A DNA stretch of 64,000 nucleotides from Narcine bancroftii (Eukaryota): assembly GCF_036971445.1 (NCBI RefSeq), contig NC_091470.1, forward strand, positions 189,720,001 to 189,784,000, given 5' to 3'. This document shows, in pieces, positions 1 through 13,750 of the stretch. The notes beneath the pieces are model-generated. The model saw only the letters and a list, made by a program, of their open reading frames with translations, made no database searches and had not been told where the DNA came from. A program made the translations under genes and the position numbers. How positions within the stretch are numbered: position 1 is the stretch's first letter; each line of letters opens with the position of its first letter.

Positions 1-3000
1 TAACATTGTATCTGTAATCACATATTCAAGGTTACTTCCCTCTGGCAAACTCAAACTGCTTCCTAATTTATCCTTCAAGTAGGATCTCAATTGGTAATAT
101 GCCAGCGCTGTATCTCCAGTTATATTGTACTTATCTTTCATTTGTTCAAAGGATAAGAATCTATTTCCTGAAAAACAATTTTCTATTCTTTTAATCCCTT
201 TTTTTCCCCATTCTCTAAAGGAAAGGTTATCTATTGTAAAAGGGAGTAACTTGTTTTGCGTCAATATTAGTTTTGGTAATTGATAATTTGTTTTATTTCT
301 TTCTACATGAATCTTCTTCCAAATATTGAGGAGATGATGTAATACTGGAGAACTTCTATGTTGTACCAATTTTTCATCCCATTTATATAATATGTGTTCA
401 GGTATCTTTTCCCCTATTTTATCTAATTCTAATCTCGTCCAATCTGGCTTTTCCCTTCTTTGATAAAAATCTGATAGGTATCTTAATTGTGCGGCTCTAT
501 AATAATTTTTAAAGTTTGGCAGTTGTAAGCCTCCTTGTTTATACCATTCTGTTAATTTATCTAGTGCTATCCTCGGTTTCCCCCCTCTCCATAAAAATTT
601 CCTTATTATTTTCTTTAACGCCTTGAAGAATTTCTCTGTCAGTTGTATTGGCAATGCCTGAAATAAGTATAATATCCTTGGAAAAATGTTCATTTTAATA
701 CAGTTTATCCTTCCTATTAGTGTTAGTGGTAAATCTTTCCAATGCTCTAAATCGTCCTGTAATTTTTTCATTAGTGGATAATAATTGAGTTTATATAGTT
801 GGCCGAGATTTTTGTTTATTTGTACACCTAGGTATCTTATTGCTTGCATTTGCCATCTAAATGGTGATTCCTTCTTAAATTTTGAGAAATCCGCATTATT
901 CATAGGCATTGCTTCACTTTTATTTACATTGATCTTGTAACCCGACACTTCTCCATATTCCTTCAATTTCTTATATAATTCTTTTATTGATAGTTCTGGT
1001 TCTGTTAAGTACACTATAACATCATCCGCAAATAAACTGATTTTATATTCCTTGTCTTTTATTTTTATTCCTTTTATATTATTATCTGTTCTTATCAATT
1101 CTGCAAACAATAAAGTTGATAGTGGGCATCCCTGTCGTGTTGACCTGCTTAAGTTAAATTGTTTTGATACGTCCATTTACTGTCACTTTCGCTAATGGTC
1201 CCTTATATAATGCTTTAATCCAATTAATATACTTCTCCGGTAAACTGAATTTTTGCAATACTTTGAACAAATAATTCCATTCTACTCTGTCAAAGGCCTT
1301 CTCTGCATCTAAAGCAACTGCTACAGTTGGTGCTTTATTCCCTTCTACTGCATGAATTAAGTTAATAAATTTACAAATATTGTCTGTTTTGCGTCTTTTT
1401 TTGATAAATCCAGTTTGGTCTAGATTTACCATTTTCGGTACATACTCTGCTAATCTGTTTGCTAATAATTTAGCTATTATCTTATAATCTGTGTTAAGTA
1501 AAGATATTGGTCTATATGATGCTGGTGTGAGTGGATCTTTCCCTTGCTTTAGTATTACTATAATTATTGCTGTTTTACATGAATCTGGTAAGCTTTGTGT
1601 TTTATCAATCTGGTTGATTACATCCAGGAGGGGCGGAATTAATAAGTCTTTAAATGTTTTGTAGAATTCTATTGGGAATCCATCCTCTCCTGGTGTCTTA
1701 TTATTTGGTAATTTTTTTATTATCTCTTGTATTTCTACTATTCCAAATGGCTCTGTTAATTTATTTTGTTCCTCTATTTGTAGTTTTGGTAGTTCAATTT
1801 TAGTCAGAAATTCATCTATTTTCCCTTCTTTCCCTTCGTTTTCAGTTCGGTATAATTGTTCATAGAATTCTCTAAAGTTTTCCTTAATTTCTTTTGGATT
1901 ATATGTAATTTGTTTGTCTTTTTTCCTTGATGCCAATACCATTTTCTTAGTTTGTTCTGTCTTAAGCTGCCATGCTAGGATTTTGTGCATTTTTTCACCC
2001 AGTTCATAATATTTCTGTTTTGTCTTCATTATATTCTTCTCCACCTTATATGTTTGTAGTGTTTCATATTTTATTTTTTTATCCGCCAATTCTCTTCTTT
2101 TAGTTGTATCTTCCTTCATTGTTAATTTTTTTTCTATATTTACTATTTCCCTTTCCAACTGCTCTGTTTCCTGATTATAGTCCTTCTTCATCTTGGTTAC
2201 ATAACTTATTATTTGCCCTCTAATGAACGCTTTCATTGCATCCCATAGTATAAACTTATCTTCCACTGATTCCGTATTTATTTCAAAATACATTTTTATT
2301 TGTTTTTCAATAAATTCTCTAAAATCCTGCCCTTTAAGTAACATGGGGTTTAATCTCCATCTATACATTCTTGGAGGGATGTCCTCTAGCTTTACTGTCA
2401 ATATTAAGGGTGAATGGTCCGATAGTATTCTAGCTTTATATTCTGTTTTTCTTACTCTATCTTGCATACTAGCTGATAACAAAAATAGGTCTATTCTTGA
2501 GTATGTTTTATGTCTAGCCGAGTAATATGAATATTCCTTTTCCTTTGGGTGTTGTTTCCTCCATATATCCAAAAGTTGCATTTCTTGCATTGATTTAATT
2601 ATAAATTTGGTTACTTTGTTCTTTCTGTTAATTTTTTTCCCAGTTTTATCCATATTTGAATCCAAATTCAGGTTGAAATCCCGTCCTATTAATATGTTCC
2701 CTTGCGTATTTGCTACGTTCAAAAAGATATCTTGCATAAACTTTTGATCTTCTTCGTTAGGTGAATAAACATTGAGTAGATTCCAAAACTCCGAATATAT
2801 CTGACATTTTATCATTACATATCTCCCTGCTGGATCTATTATTTCCTCTTCTATTTTAAATGGCACATTTTTACTAATTAATATAGCTACTCCTCTTGCT
2901 TTTGAATTATACGATGCTGCTGTTACATGTCCTACCCAATCTCTCTTTAATTTCTTGTGCTCCAATTCAGTTAAGTGTGTTTCTTGCACAAATGCTATAT

Positions 3001-3204
3001 CAATTTTTTCTTTTTTCAGTAAATTTAGCAGTTTCTTCCTTTTAATTTGGTTATGTATTCCATTAATATTTAAAGTCATATAGTTCAACGTAGCCATTTT
3101 ATACTTTGTTTATCTTCCCTTTCCGTTTTTCCATCATTACCTTTCCTCCTTTTCCATTTCTGTTTTCTTATTTTAAACCCATTATAAGACAACATTCCTA
3201 AAAC
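1..3204 (-). mobile_element. L1-clade LINE (family A), ORF2 region; 5' part missing, runs off the window start
   Basis: ORF 1154-3097 has an APE endonuclease (TLNING, FVQETH, YSRID, SDH) and RT start (YRPISLLNTD, LDAEKAFDRV). A 2-nt deletion near 1170 frameshifts it, and RT motif LFADD lies near 1020-1035. It is near-identical to the copy at 20336-25216. Confidence 0.95.
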
Positions 3205-4416
3205 CCATTTGCCTTCTTCACAGCTTTCTGAACCTGCATGCTAGTCTTCAGTGACCGGTGAACAAGTACTCGCAGATCCATTTGCTCCTCCCCACTCCCT
3301 AGCTTTTCTCCATTTAAATAATACTCAGCTTTCCTATTATTGCCCCCAAAATGGATAACCTCACATTTGCTCAATTGAACGTTATCTTCCATTCAGCAGC
3401 CCACTCCCCCAACCTGTCCAAGTCCCTCTGCATTTTCCTGACATCCTCCTCACACCCCACACCGCCACCCAGTTTAATGTCATCTGCAAATTTGCTCATG
3501 TTATTAATAATCCCCTCATCCAAATCATTTACATAAATTACAAACAACTGAGGACCCAATACCGATCCCTGCGGCACTCCACTCATCACATCTTGCCATC
3601 CTGAAAAAGACCCGCTTACCCCAACCCTTTGTTTCCTATTTCTTAACCAATTTCCTATCCATGTCAGCACCTTACCTCCAATACCATGCTCCCTGATCTT
3701 GCCCACTAGTCTCCCGTGCGGTACCTTATCAAAGGCCTTCTGGAAGTCCAAATACACCACATCCACTGGCTCTCCCAAGTCCACCCTCTTTGTCACATCC
3801 TCGAAAAATTCCAGAAGGTTAGTCAAGCATGACTTACCCTTAAGGAATCCATGCTGACTAGCCCTTATACTATTATTTCTGCCTAAGTGTTCTGCTATTA
3901 CTCCTTTTATGATAGACTCCAATATCTTCCCCACCACCGACGTCAGGCTGACTGGTCTATAATTTCCCGTTTTATCCTTCCCTCCCTACTTAAAAATCGG
4001 CACCACATCAGCCACTCTCCAATCCTCAGGGACCTCCCCCGAATCTATGGAACTTTGGAAAATGTGGACCAGTGCTTCCACAATTTCCATAGCAACTTCT
4101 TTAAGCACCCTGGGATGCAGCCCATCAGGCCCTGGGGATTTATCAGCCCTCAGTCCCAATAATTTACTCACAACCTCCTGTTTCTGGATCCGGATATCCA
4201 TTAGATCCCCTACTTCCCCAGGAAAGTTCCCCAAGTCTCTTGATACCGCATGACCACTACCCCCTAACTGACCATAACCTATATCCTCCTTGGTGAAGAC
4301 AGTTGCAAAGTATTTGTTAAATTCCTCAGCCATCTCCTTGTTTCCGGTAATAATTTCACCCTTTTCCATTCTTAATGGACCAATTTTAGACCGAACAAAT
4401 TTCTTCCTCTTCACAT
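3205..4416 (-). mobile_element. CR1 LINE ORF2 fragment (RT domain)
   Basis: ORFs 3986-4414 and 3371-3937 contain KSPGPDGLHPRVLKE, QHGF, YLDFQKAFDKVPH, GVPQGSVLGP and KFADD. Confidence 0.92.
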
Positions 4417-5289
4417 AGGTCCTCCATCAGCCAGCTCCCCACCATGACTACCAGCCCCCCCACATCTCCATCGGGCACACAAAACTCAAAACGGTCAACC
4501 AGTTTACCTATCTCGGCTGCACCATTTCATCAGATGCAAGGATCGACAACAAGATAGACAACAGACTCGCTAAGGCAAATAGCGCCTTTGGAAGACTACA
4601 CAAAAGAGTCTGGAAAAACAACCAACTGAAAAACCTCACAAAGATTAGCGTATGCAGAGCCATTGTCATACCCACACTCCTGTTCGGCTCCGAATCATGG
4701 GTCCTCTACCGGCATCACCTCGACTCCTAGAACGCTTCCATCAGTGTTGTCTCCACTCCATCCTCACCATTCATTGGAGTGACTTCATCACCAACATCGA
4801 AGTATTCGAGATGGCAGAGGCCGACAGCATCGAATCCACGCTGCTGACGATCCACCTGCGTTGGGTAGGTCACGTCTCCAGAATGGAGGACCATCGCCTT
4901 CCCAAGATCGTGTTATATGGCGAGCTCTCCACTGGCCACTGAGACAAAGGTGCACCAAAGAAGAGGTACAAGGACTGCCTAAAGAAATCTCTTGGTGCCT
5001 GCCACATTGACCACGGCCAGTGGGTTGATATCGCCTCAAACCGCGCATCTTGGCGCCTCACAGTTCAGCGGGCAGCAACCTCCTTTGAAGAAGACCGCAG
5101 AGCCCACCTCACTGACAAAAGACAAAGGAGGAAAAACCCAACACCCAACCCCAACCAACCAATTTTCCCTTGCAACCACTGCATCCGTGTCTACCCGTCC
5201 CGCATCGGACTTGTCAGCCACAAATGAGCCTGCAGCTGACGTGGACATTACCCCTCCATTAATCTTCGTCCGCGAAGCCAAGCCAAAGA
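4417..5289 (+). mobile_element. RTE LINE 3' fragment
   Basis: Matches the 3' part of the RTE copy at 14886-18974 (LRWVGHVSRM, C-terminal Cys/His finger) and ends in the family tail GAAGCCAAGCCAAAGA. Confidence 0.92.
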
Positions 5290-8155
5290 TAGATACCTAT
5301 TTTCAGCTTTCTGAAAAGGTTGCTGAGAGCTCAAGATGGCCAACTGAAGAGTGGTCTCTAATTCTCCAAAGTGTATTGAAAGGAAAAACACAAATTCTTG
5401 ACTGCACAGCAAGTGGCAAATTATGATACTGTTAAACAAGCTGTATTGAAAACTTATGAGTTGGTTAAAGAAGGATATAGATAAAAATTTAGGAGTTTGG
5501 TGAAAACATGCAATCAATTTTATATAGCTTTTGTTCTGAAGAAATCTGTATGTTTTGACCATTGGTGCACCTCAAAAGGAATAAACATTGATTTTGACAG
5601 ATTGAGAGAATAGAGGAAATGAAAAGGTGTGTCCCAAAGGAGATTGAATTATACCTGGATGAGAGAGACGTTGGGATGTGGCAACAAATGGTAGATTAAC
5701 GGACAAATTCATTCCAATTCACAAAAATACATTTCAGATAGAAGACATTTTCAGAGAATTTATGTGGAACAGATTAATAAACCTGTTCATAAGGTTAATA
5801 TGGAGCAGGATAGTCGGCCTGAAGTTAAGTCTGGAGAAAATGATAAGAGAAAAAAATGAAGGTAAGGTGGGAAAGGACAGAACTTCTGGATTTGTATGTC
5901 ATTTTTGTAAGAAATCTGGTCACGTGATTGCGAATTGTCTGGTGTTGAAAAAGAAATGAGAAAAGGAGGTTTTACCAGAAGCATGTATACAATGGAATTT
6001 AAGGAGAGCAGAGGTGCCAAACCTGGTAAGGAGGTCATGGATGTTTTCAAGGCTTTTGTGTCAGAAGGGCTTTGTCTCAATAAAGGAGGGACAACCATAG
6101 GTTCCAGTTAAAATTCTTAGAGTCACTGTTGTTGGAAATTATTTTAACTGTGGATCAAAGGACTGACACAGGGGAGAAAACTTGGATTAAAGATTTTGGA
6201 GGTGAGGTAGGGTCAATATCGCTTCACAATATTATGCTAAATTCAGAATTAGTAAAAGGATCTGTCATCATAGGAGTAATTTCAAAGTTATCCATGCAGA
6301 GTATCTCGTTTTTATTAGGGAATGATTTGGCAGAAGTTGGGTCAGTTTTGAGATTAACAATTCAGCCTTGTAAGGATAGGGTTAGAGAGGATGGTGAGAT
6401 ATATCCTGTATGTGCGGTAACAAGGTCTGTGACTAAGAAAATGATGAGAGCTGAAGAAGATCCAGTTGATAGAGATCTGCCCAGTACTTTTGAAAGAGCA
6501 GGGTCATTGTGAGAGTGAGGATTTCTCTTTGTCAAGGAAACAGTTAATTCAGCAACAAAAAAATAGATGCAGATCTTGTAAACTGAAGGGAGAAAGCAGA
6601 AACTGAACAGACGAGTAAAGAAATGGCTTGTGGATATTTCTTAAAAGGTGAAGTGCTGATGAGAAAATGGAGACCTCTTGATATTCCTGCTAATGAAGAT
6701 TGGGGAGTGATTGTAGAAATTACCGGAAGGAAATATTAGATCTAGCCCACAGTACACCTTTGGGTGGTCATCTTGGAGTTAAGAAAACTATGAATAAGAT
6801 TTTTGAGACAATTGTTTTGGCCTGGTTGGATGTTGTAAATTGGTGCCAGACATGTCATTTTTGTTAGGTTGTGGGGAAACCTAACCAGGGTCCTCCAGTG
6901 GCTCCATTACAATCTATTCCTTTTGTTGGGGAACCTTTCACTAGGGTTACTGTAGATTGTGTAGGTCCCCTGCAAAAAACTAAGTCTGGTAATCAGTACT
7001 TATTAACAATTATGTGCACAATGTTGAGATTTCCAGAGGCTATACCACTGAGAAATATTAAAGCCAAAATGGTGGTAAAGGCTCAAGAAAGATTTTTCAC
7101 AGTTTTTGGATTACCTAAAAAGATTCAGAGTGATCAAGGATCTAACTTTATGTCTGGGTTGTTTCAGCAGTTGGTTTATGAGTTGGGAATAAAACAGATC
7201 ACTTCATCTGCGTACCATCCTGATACTCGGGGAGCTTTGGAAAGATTTCATTCTACTCTTAAAAACATGATGAGGATTTATTGTCTGGAGAATGGAAAAG
7301 ATTGGGATGAAGGTATTCATTTATTGTTATTTGCAGCAATGGATGCTGTGCAGGAGTATTAGGTTTCAGCCCTTTTGAAATTGTGTTTGGACAACAGGTT
7401 AGAGAACAGTGGGTTTAATGACGATGTGCAGTAGAATTTGCTGGATTATGTTTCTAAATTTAAGGGTAAGTTACAAACAGTGTGGACTTTGGCTCAAGAG
7501 AATTTGGAAATGGCTCAGGGTAAAATAAGCCATTTATTGACAGGAAAGCTCAGGTGAGGAATTTGAAGGTAGGAAGTAAAGTTTTGATTTTGTTTCCAAC
7601 ACGTGACAATCCTTTGAGAGCTAGATTTTCTGGACCGTACATAGTTAAACCAAAACTGAATTATGTTAACTATGTTGTTAACACTCTAGACTGAAGATTT
7701 GTCACATAAATATGTTGAAACCTTATTATGAGAACAAAGGTAGTGGAGAACAATCTGTATCAGACGTGTTAGTTTTTAACAGGGTTGATGAAGTTATGGA
7801 TCATAAGATTATGGAAACAAAATCTTGTGAGGGTAACCTTAAAGAAACCATGGTTCCTGTGCGTCTGTCTAACTCAACAATTTTGGAAAATTTAGAAGAA
7901 AAATTAGGCCTTCTTAAGTTACAAGAGAAAATAGAGTTGAAAGGATTTCTTTTGAAATACACAAATTTGTTCTCTGATGTTCCAAAAAGGACATCAGTGA
8001 TTTACCATGATGTAGATGTGGGGGAAGCAAATCCCATAAAACAGCACCCATAAAGAATAAACATTCAGAAGAGTTAAATCATGGATCAGAAGGTGGAATA
8101 TATGTGGGGAATTGATATTATTAGATCTTCAAAATCGGATTGGAGTTCTCCTTGT
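5290..8155 (+). mobile_element. Gmr1-type Gypsy LTR retrotransposon copy 1, segment 1 (gag with SCAN-like region and zinc knuckle, protease region, integrase), degenerate
   Basis: Gag motifs WPTEEWSLILQSVLKGK and CHFCKKSGHVIANC. Integrase ORF 6871-7362 has VDCVGPL, IQSDQGSNF and GALERFHSTLK and lies upstream of RT. Confidence 0.88.
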
Positions 8156-11100
8156 CTTTGGCTTGGCTTCGTGGAAGAGGATTTATGGAGGGGTAATGTC
8201 CACGTCAGCTGAAGGCTCATTTGTGGCTGACAAGTCCGATGTGGGACAGGCAGACACGGTTGCAGCGGTTGCAAAGGAAAATTGGTTGGTTGGGGTTGGG
8301 TGTTGGGTTTTTCCTCCTTTGTCTTTTGTCAGTGAGGTGGGCTCTACGGTCTTCTTCAAAGAAGGTTGCTGCCCGCTGAACTGTGAGGTGTCAAGATGCA
8401 CGGTTTGAGGCGATATCAGCCCACTGGCGGTGGTCAATGTGGCAGGCACCAAGAGATTTCTTTAGGCAGTCCTTGTACCTCTTCTTTGGTGCACCTCTGT
8501 CTCGGTGGCCAGTGGAGAGCTCGCCATATAACACGATCTTGGGAAAGCGATGGTCCTCCATTCTGGAGACGTGACCTACCCAGCACAGTTGGATCTTCAG
8601 CAACGTGGATTCGATGCTGTCGGCCTCTGCCATCTCGAGTACTTCGATGTTGGTGATGAAGTCACTCCAATGCATGTTGAGGATGGAGCGGAGTCAACGC
8701 TGGTGGAAGCGTTCTAGGAGTCGTAGGTGATGCCGGTAGAGGACCCATGATTCGGAGCCGAACAGGAGTGTGGGTATGACAACGGCTCTGTATACGCTAA
8801 TCTTTGTGAGGTTTTTCAGTTGGTTGTTTTTCCAGACTCTTTTGTGTCGTCTTCCAAAGGCACTATTTGCCTTGGCGAGTCTGTTGTCTATCTCGTTGTC
8901 GATCCTTGCATCCGATTAAATGGTGCAGCCGAGATAGGTAAACTGGTTGACCGTTTTGAGTTCAGTGTGCCCGATAGAGATGTGGGGGGGCTGGTAGTCA
9001 TGTTGGGAAGCTGGCTGATGGAGGACTTCAGTTTTCTTCAGGCTGACTTCCAGGCCAAACATTTTGGCAGTTTCCGCAAAACAGGACGTCAAGCGCTGGA
9101 GAACTGGCTCTGAATGGGCAACTAAAGCGGCATCGTCTGCAAAGAGTAGTTCACAGACAAGTTGCTCTTGTGTCTTGGTGTGAGCTTGGAGGCGCCTCAG
9201 ATTGAAGAGACTCCCATCCGTGCGGTACCGGATGTAAACACCGTCTTCATTGTTGAGATCTTTCATGGCTTGTTTCAGCATCATGCTGAAGAAGATTGAA
9301 AAGAGGGTTGGTGCGAGAACGCAGCCTTGCTTCACGCCATTGTTAATGGAGAAGGGTTCAGAGAGCTCATTGCTGTATCTGACCCGACCTTGTTGGTTTT
9401 CGTGCAGTTGGATAACCATGTTGAGGAACTTTGGGGGGCATCCGAGGCACTCTAGTATTTGCCAAAGCCCTTTCCTGCTCACGGTGTCGAAGGCTTTGGT
9501 GAGGTCAACAAAGGTGATGTAGAGTCTTTTGTTTTGTTATCTGCACTTTTCTTGGAGCTGTCTGAGGGCAAAGACCATGTCAGTAGTTCCTCTGTTTGCG
9601 CGAAGCCGCACTGTGATTCTGGGAGAACATTTTCGGCGACACTAGGTATTATTCTATTTAGGAGAATCCTAGCGAAGATTTTGGCTGCAATTGAGAGCAG
9701 CGTGATTCCCTGTAGTTTGTGCAGTCTGATTTCTCACCTTTGTTTTTGTACAGGGTGATGATGATGGCATCACAAAGGTCCTGAGGCAGTTTTCCTTGGT
9801 CCCAGCAGAGCTTGAAAAACTCATGTAGTTTGGCATGCAGAGTTTTGCCGCCAGCCTTCCAGACCTCTGGGGGGATTCCATCCATACCTGCTGCTTTGTC
9901 ACTTTTCAGTTGTTCAGTTGCCTTATATGTCTCTTCCCGGGTGAGGACCTCATCCAGCCCTAGCCTCAAGAGTTGTTGAGGGAGCTGGAGCAGGGCGGAT
10001 TCTTGGACTGAGCGGTTGGCACTGAAAAGAGATTGGAAGTGTTCTGACCATCGGTTGAGGATGGAAATCTTGTCGCTGAGGAGGACTTTGCCGTCTGAAC
10101 TGCGCAATGGGCTTTGGACGGGGTGAGGGGCCATACACAGCCTTTCTTCTTTGGCTTGGCTTCGCAGACGAAGATTTATGGAGGGGGTAAATGTCCACGT
10201 CAGCTGCAGACTCGTTTGTGGCTGACAAGTTCGATGCAGGACAGGCAGACACGGTTGCAGCGGTTGCAGGGGAAAATTGGTTGATTGGGGTTGGGTGTTG
10301 GGTTTTTCCTCCTTTGTCTTTTGTCAGTGAGGTGGGCTCTGCGGTCTTCTTCAAAGGAGGTTGCTGCCCGCCGAATTGTGAGGTGCCAAGATGCACGGTT
10401 TGGGGCGATATCAGCCCACTGGCCGTGGTCAATGTGGCAGGCACCAAGAGATTTCTTTAGGCAGTCCTTGTACCTCTTCTTTGGTGCACCTCTGTCACGG
10501 TGGCCAGTGGAGAGCTCGCCATATAACACGATCTTGGGATGGCGATGGTCCTCCATTCTGGAGACGTGACCCACCCAGCGCAGCTGGATCTTCAGCAGCG
10601 TGGACTCGATGCTGTCGGCCTCTGCCATCTCGAGTACTTCGACGTTAGGGATGAAGGCGCTCCAATGAATGTTGAGGATGGAGCGGAGACAATGCTGGCG
10701 GAAGCGTTCTAGGAGCTGTAGGTTTCTTGGTGTGAGCTTGCAGGCGCCTCAGATTGAAGAGACTGCCAATCGTGCGGTACCGGATGTAAACAACGTCTTC
10801 ATTGTTTAGGTCTTTCATGGCATAGTTCAGCATCATGCTGAAGAAGATTGAAAAGAGGGTTGGTGCGAGAACGCAGCCTTGCTTCATGCCATTGTTAATG
10901 GAGAAGGGTTCAGAGAGCTCATTGCTGTATCTGACCCGACCTTGTTGGTTTTCGTGCAGTTGGATAACCATGTTGAGGAACTTTGGGGGGCATCCGAGGT
11001 GCTCTAATATTTGCCAAAGCCCTTTCCTACTCACTGTGTCGAAGGCTTTGGTGAGGTCAACAAAGGTGATGTAGAGTCCTTTGTTTTGTTCTCTGCACTT

Positions 11101-13750
11101 TTCTTGGAGCTGTCTGAGGGCAAAGACCATGTCAGTAGTTCCTCTGTTTGCGCGAAAGCCGCACTGTGATTCTGGGAGAATATTCACGGCGACACTAGGT
11201 ATTATTCTATTTAGGAGAATCCTAGCGAAGATTTTGCCTGCAGTGGAGAGCAGCGTGATTCCCCTGTTGTTTGAGCAGTCTGATTTCTCGCCTTTGTTTT
11301 TGTACAGGGTGATGATGATGGCATCACAAAGGTCCTGAGGCAGTTTTCCTTGGTCGCAACAAAGCTTGAAAAACTCATGCAGTTTGACATGCAGAGTTTT
11401 GCTGCCAGCCTTCCAGACCTCTGGGGGGATTCCATCCAAACCTGCTGCTTTGCCACTTTTCAGTTGTTCAATTGCCTTATATGTCTCATCCTGGGTGAGG
11501 ACCTCATCCAGCTCTAGCCTTAGGGGCTGTTGAGGGAGCTGGAGCAGGGTAAAATCTTGGACTGAGTGGTTGGCACTGAAAAGAGATTGGAAGTGTTCTG
11601 ACCATCGGTTGAGGATGGAGATCTTGTCGCTGAGGAGGACTTTGCCGTCTGATCTGCGCACCGGGCTTTGGACTTGGGGTGAGGGGCTGTACACAGCCTT
11701 TAGAGCCTCGTAAAAACCCCTGAAGTCACCAATGTCCACGCTGAGCTGGGTTCATTTGGTGAGGCTAGTCCACCACTCATTTTGGATCTCCCGGAGTTTG
11801 CGCTGAAGATGGCTACATGAGCAACGGAAGGGTCATTTCTTCTCTGGCCAGGACGGCTTTGCAAGGTGAGCCTGGTGGGCAGCTCGCTTCTTTGCCAGCA
11901 GCTCCTGGAATTCCTGGTTGTTTTCGTCAAAGCAGTCCTTGTTTTTCCTGGAAGAGAAGCCCCGTACCTCTTCATTGGATTGCAGTATGGCAGTCTTCAG
12001 CTGATCCCAGAGGGTTTCAGGGGACAAGTCCGTGAGGCGGATTGCATCCTCAAGCTTTGCTTGGAGGTTTGCCTGGAAGTTTCCTCTCACTACATCTGAC
12101 TGCAAGTTTCCAACATTGAACCTCTTTCTGGGGGCTTTACCGTTCCTGGACTTTGGCTTGAAGTGAAGGTTGAGTTTGCAGCGAACAAGCCGGTGGTCAG
12201 TGTTGCATTCTGCGCTGGGCATGACCCTGGTGTGGAGCACATCTCGTTTGTCTCTTTCTTGCACCAGGACGTAGTCCAGGAGGTGCCAGTGTTTGGATCG
12301 GGGATGCATCCAGGTGGTCTTAAGGCTGTCCCTCTGCTGAAAAGGGTGTTTGTAATGACAAGCCACTGTTCTGCGCAGAGCTCCAACAGGAGGCGCCCAT
12401 TGTCGTTGCACTTGCCGACACCGTGCTTGCCCAGGATTCCTGGCCAGGTTTCTGAGTCTTTGCCGATGCGAGTGTTGAAGTCGCCAAGGTTAACAACCTT
12501 GTCGGCTGTAGGGGTGCATTGAATGAAGTTGCGCAGATCAGTGTAGAACTTGTCCTTTTCTGCTGGTTCCGCCTGGAGGGTTGGAGCATAGACACTGATG
12601 AGCGTGATGCGATGCTTGTTTTGAAAGGGGAGTCGCATGGACATGATCCTGTCCTCGTGGCCTGTCGGGAGGTTTTCGAGTTTGGAAGCAATGGAGTTCT
12701 TGACCATGAAGCCTACACCAGATAGGCGTCGTTCATCCATAGGCTTGCCAGACCAGTAGAGTGTGAAGCCCGCGCCGCGTTCTTGGAAGCTGCCTACATC
12801 TGCAAGGCGGACTTCACTGAGAGCAGCTATGTCGATGTCAAGTCTGAGGATTTTATGTGCGATGAGGGCAGACCGATGTTCAAGTCGGTGGCTGTCAGCC
12901 TTGTCTAGCATGGTTCTGATGTTCCAGCATGCTAGCTTGAGTTTTTGAGCATCTTTTGAGGGGAAGGGCATGGACCTGTCCTCGGGCCTGTGCAAAGGAG
13001 CTTTTAGGTGGAGTGCAGTGTGCGCAGTACTGGTCCTTTACACCCATGGTTCGTGTGCCGTGGCCAAGCAAGCTGGGATGTGGCAGCGAGGTCCTTGGGT
13101 CGTAGGTTTTATATTGGAGTGACCTTCTCCTATGCAGGTTTCTTACCCGAGCTGGAGCGGCCTGCCTCCTCTCCTAGGTCAGACAATACCTGGTCCGATT
13201 AGTACAGGTATAACATTGTGCATGAGGAACACGGGAGATGGGCCGCCGCCGCCTACCCTCTGCCCAGACCAGGGCCGGGGCTGGCGCTGCCTTCCCTGTG
13301 CCTGGACCGGGGCTGCCGCCTCCTTCTTTCTGCCCGGACCGGGGCCTCCGCCTGCTTCGCTCTGCCGAGGCTGGGGCCACCGCCTCCCCCTCGCTTCTGC
13401 CCAGACCGGGGCCGCTGACTCCTTCTTTCTGCCCAGACCGGGGCCTCTGCCTGCTTCGCTCTACCGAGACCGGGGCCATCGCCTCCCCCTCACTTTTGCC
13501 CAGATCGGGGCCGCCGCCTCCTACCTTCTGCTTGGACTGGAGCCGGGGCCGCCGCTGCCTACCCTCTGCCCGGACCGGGGCCGGGGCCACTGTTGGCTTC
13601 CCTGTGCCCAGACTGGGGCCGCCGCCTCCTTCTTTCTGCCCAGACCGGGGCCTCCACCTGCTTCGCTCTGCCGAGGCCGGGACCACTGCCTCCCCCTCGC
13701 TTCTGCCTTGACTGGGGCCACTGCCTCCTTCTTTCTGCCCGGACCGGACC
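8156..13750 (-). mobile_element. Composite RTE LINE insertion (duplicated 3' half) inside Gypsy copy 1
   Basis: 14-bp TSD GGAGTTCTCCTTGT at 8142-8155 and 13751-13764. APE domain in ORF 12090-12995 (ACWNIRT, LSEVR, GDFN) and RT in ORFs 10645-11739 and 8916-9482. There are two 3' tails, near 8156 and near 10146. Confidence 0.93.
13240..13750 (-). repeat. GC-rich degenerate tandem repeat (~30-nt units) forming the 5' end of the RTE insertion
   Basis: Repeated CCGGGGCC-anchored units lying inside the TSD-bounded insertion. Confidence 0.85.
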
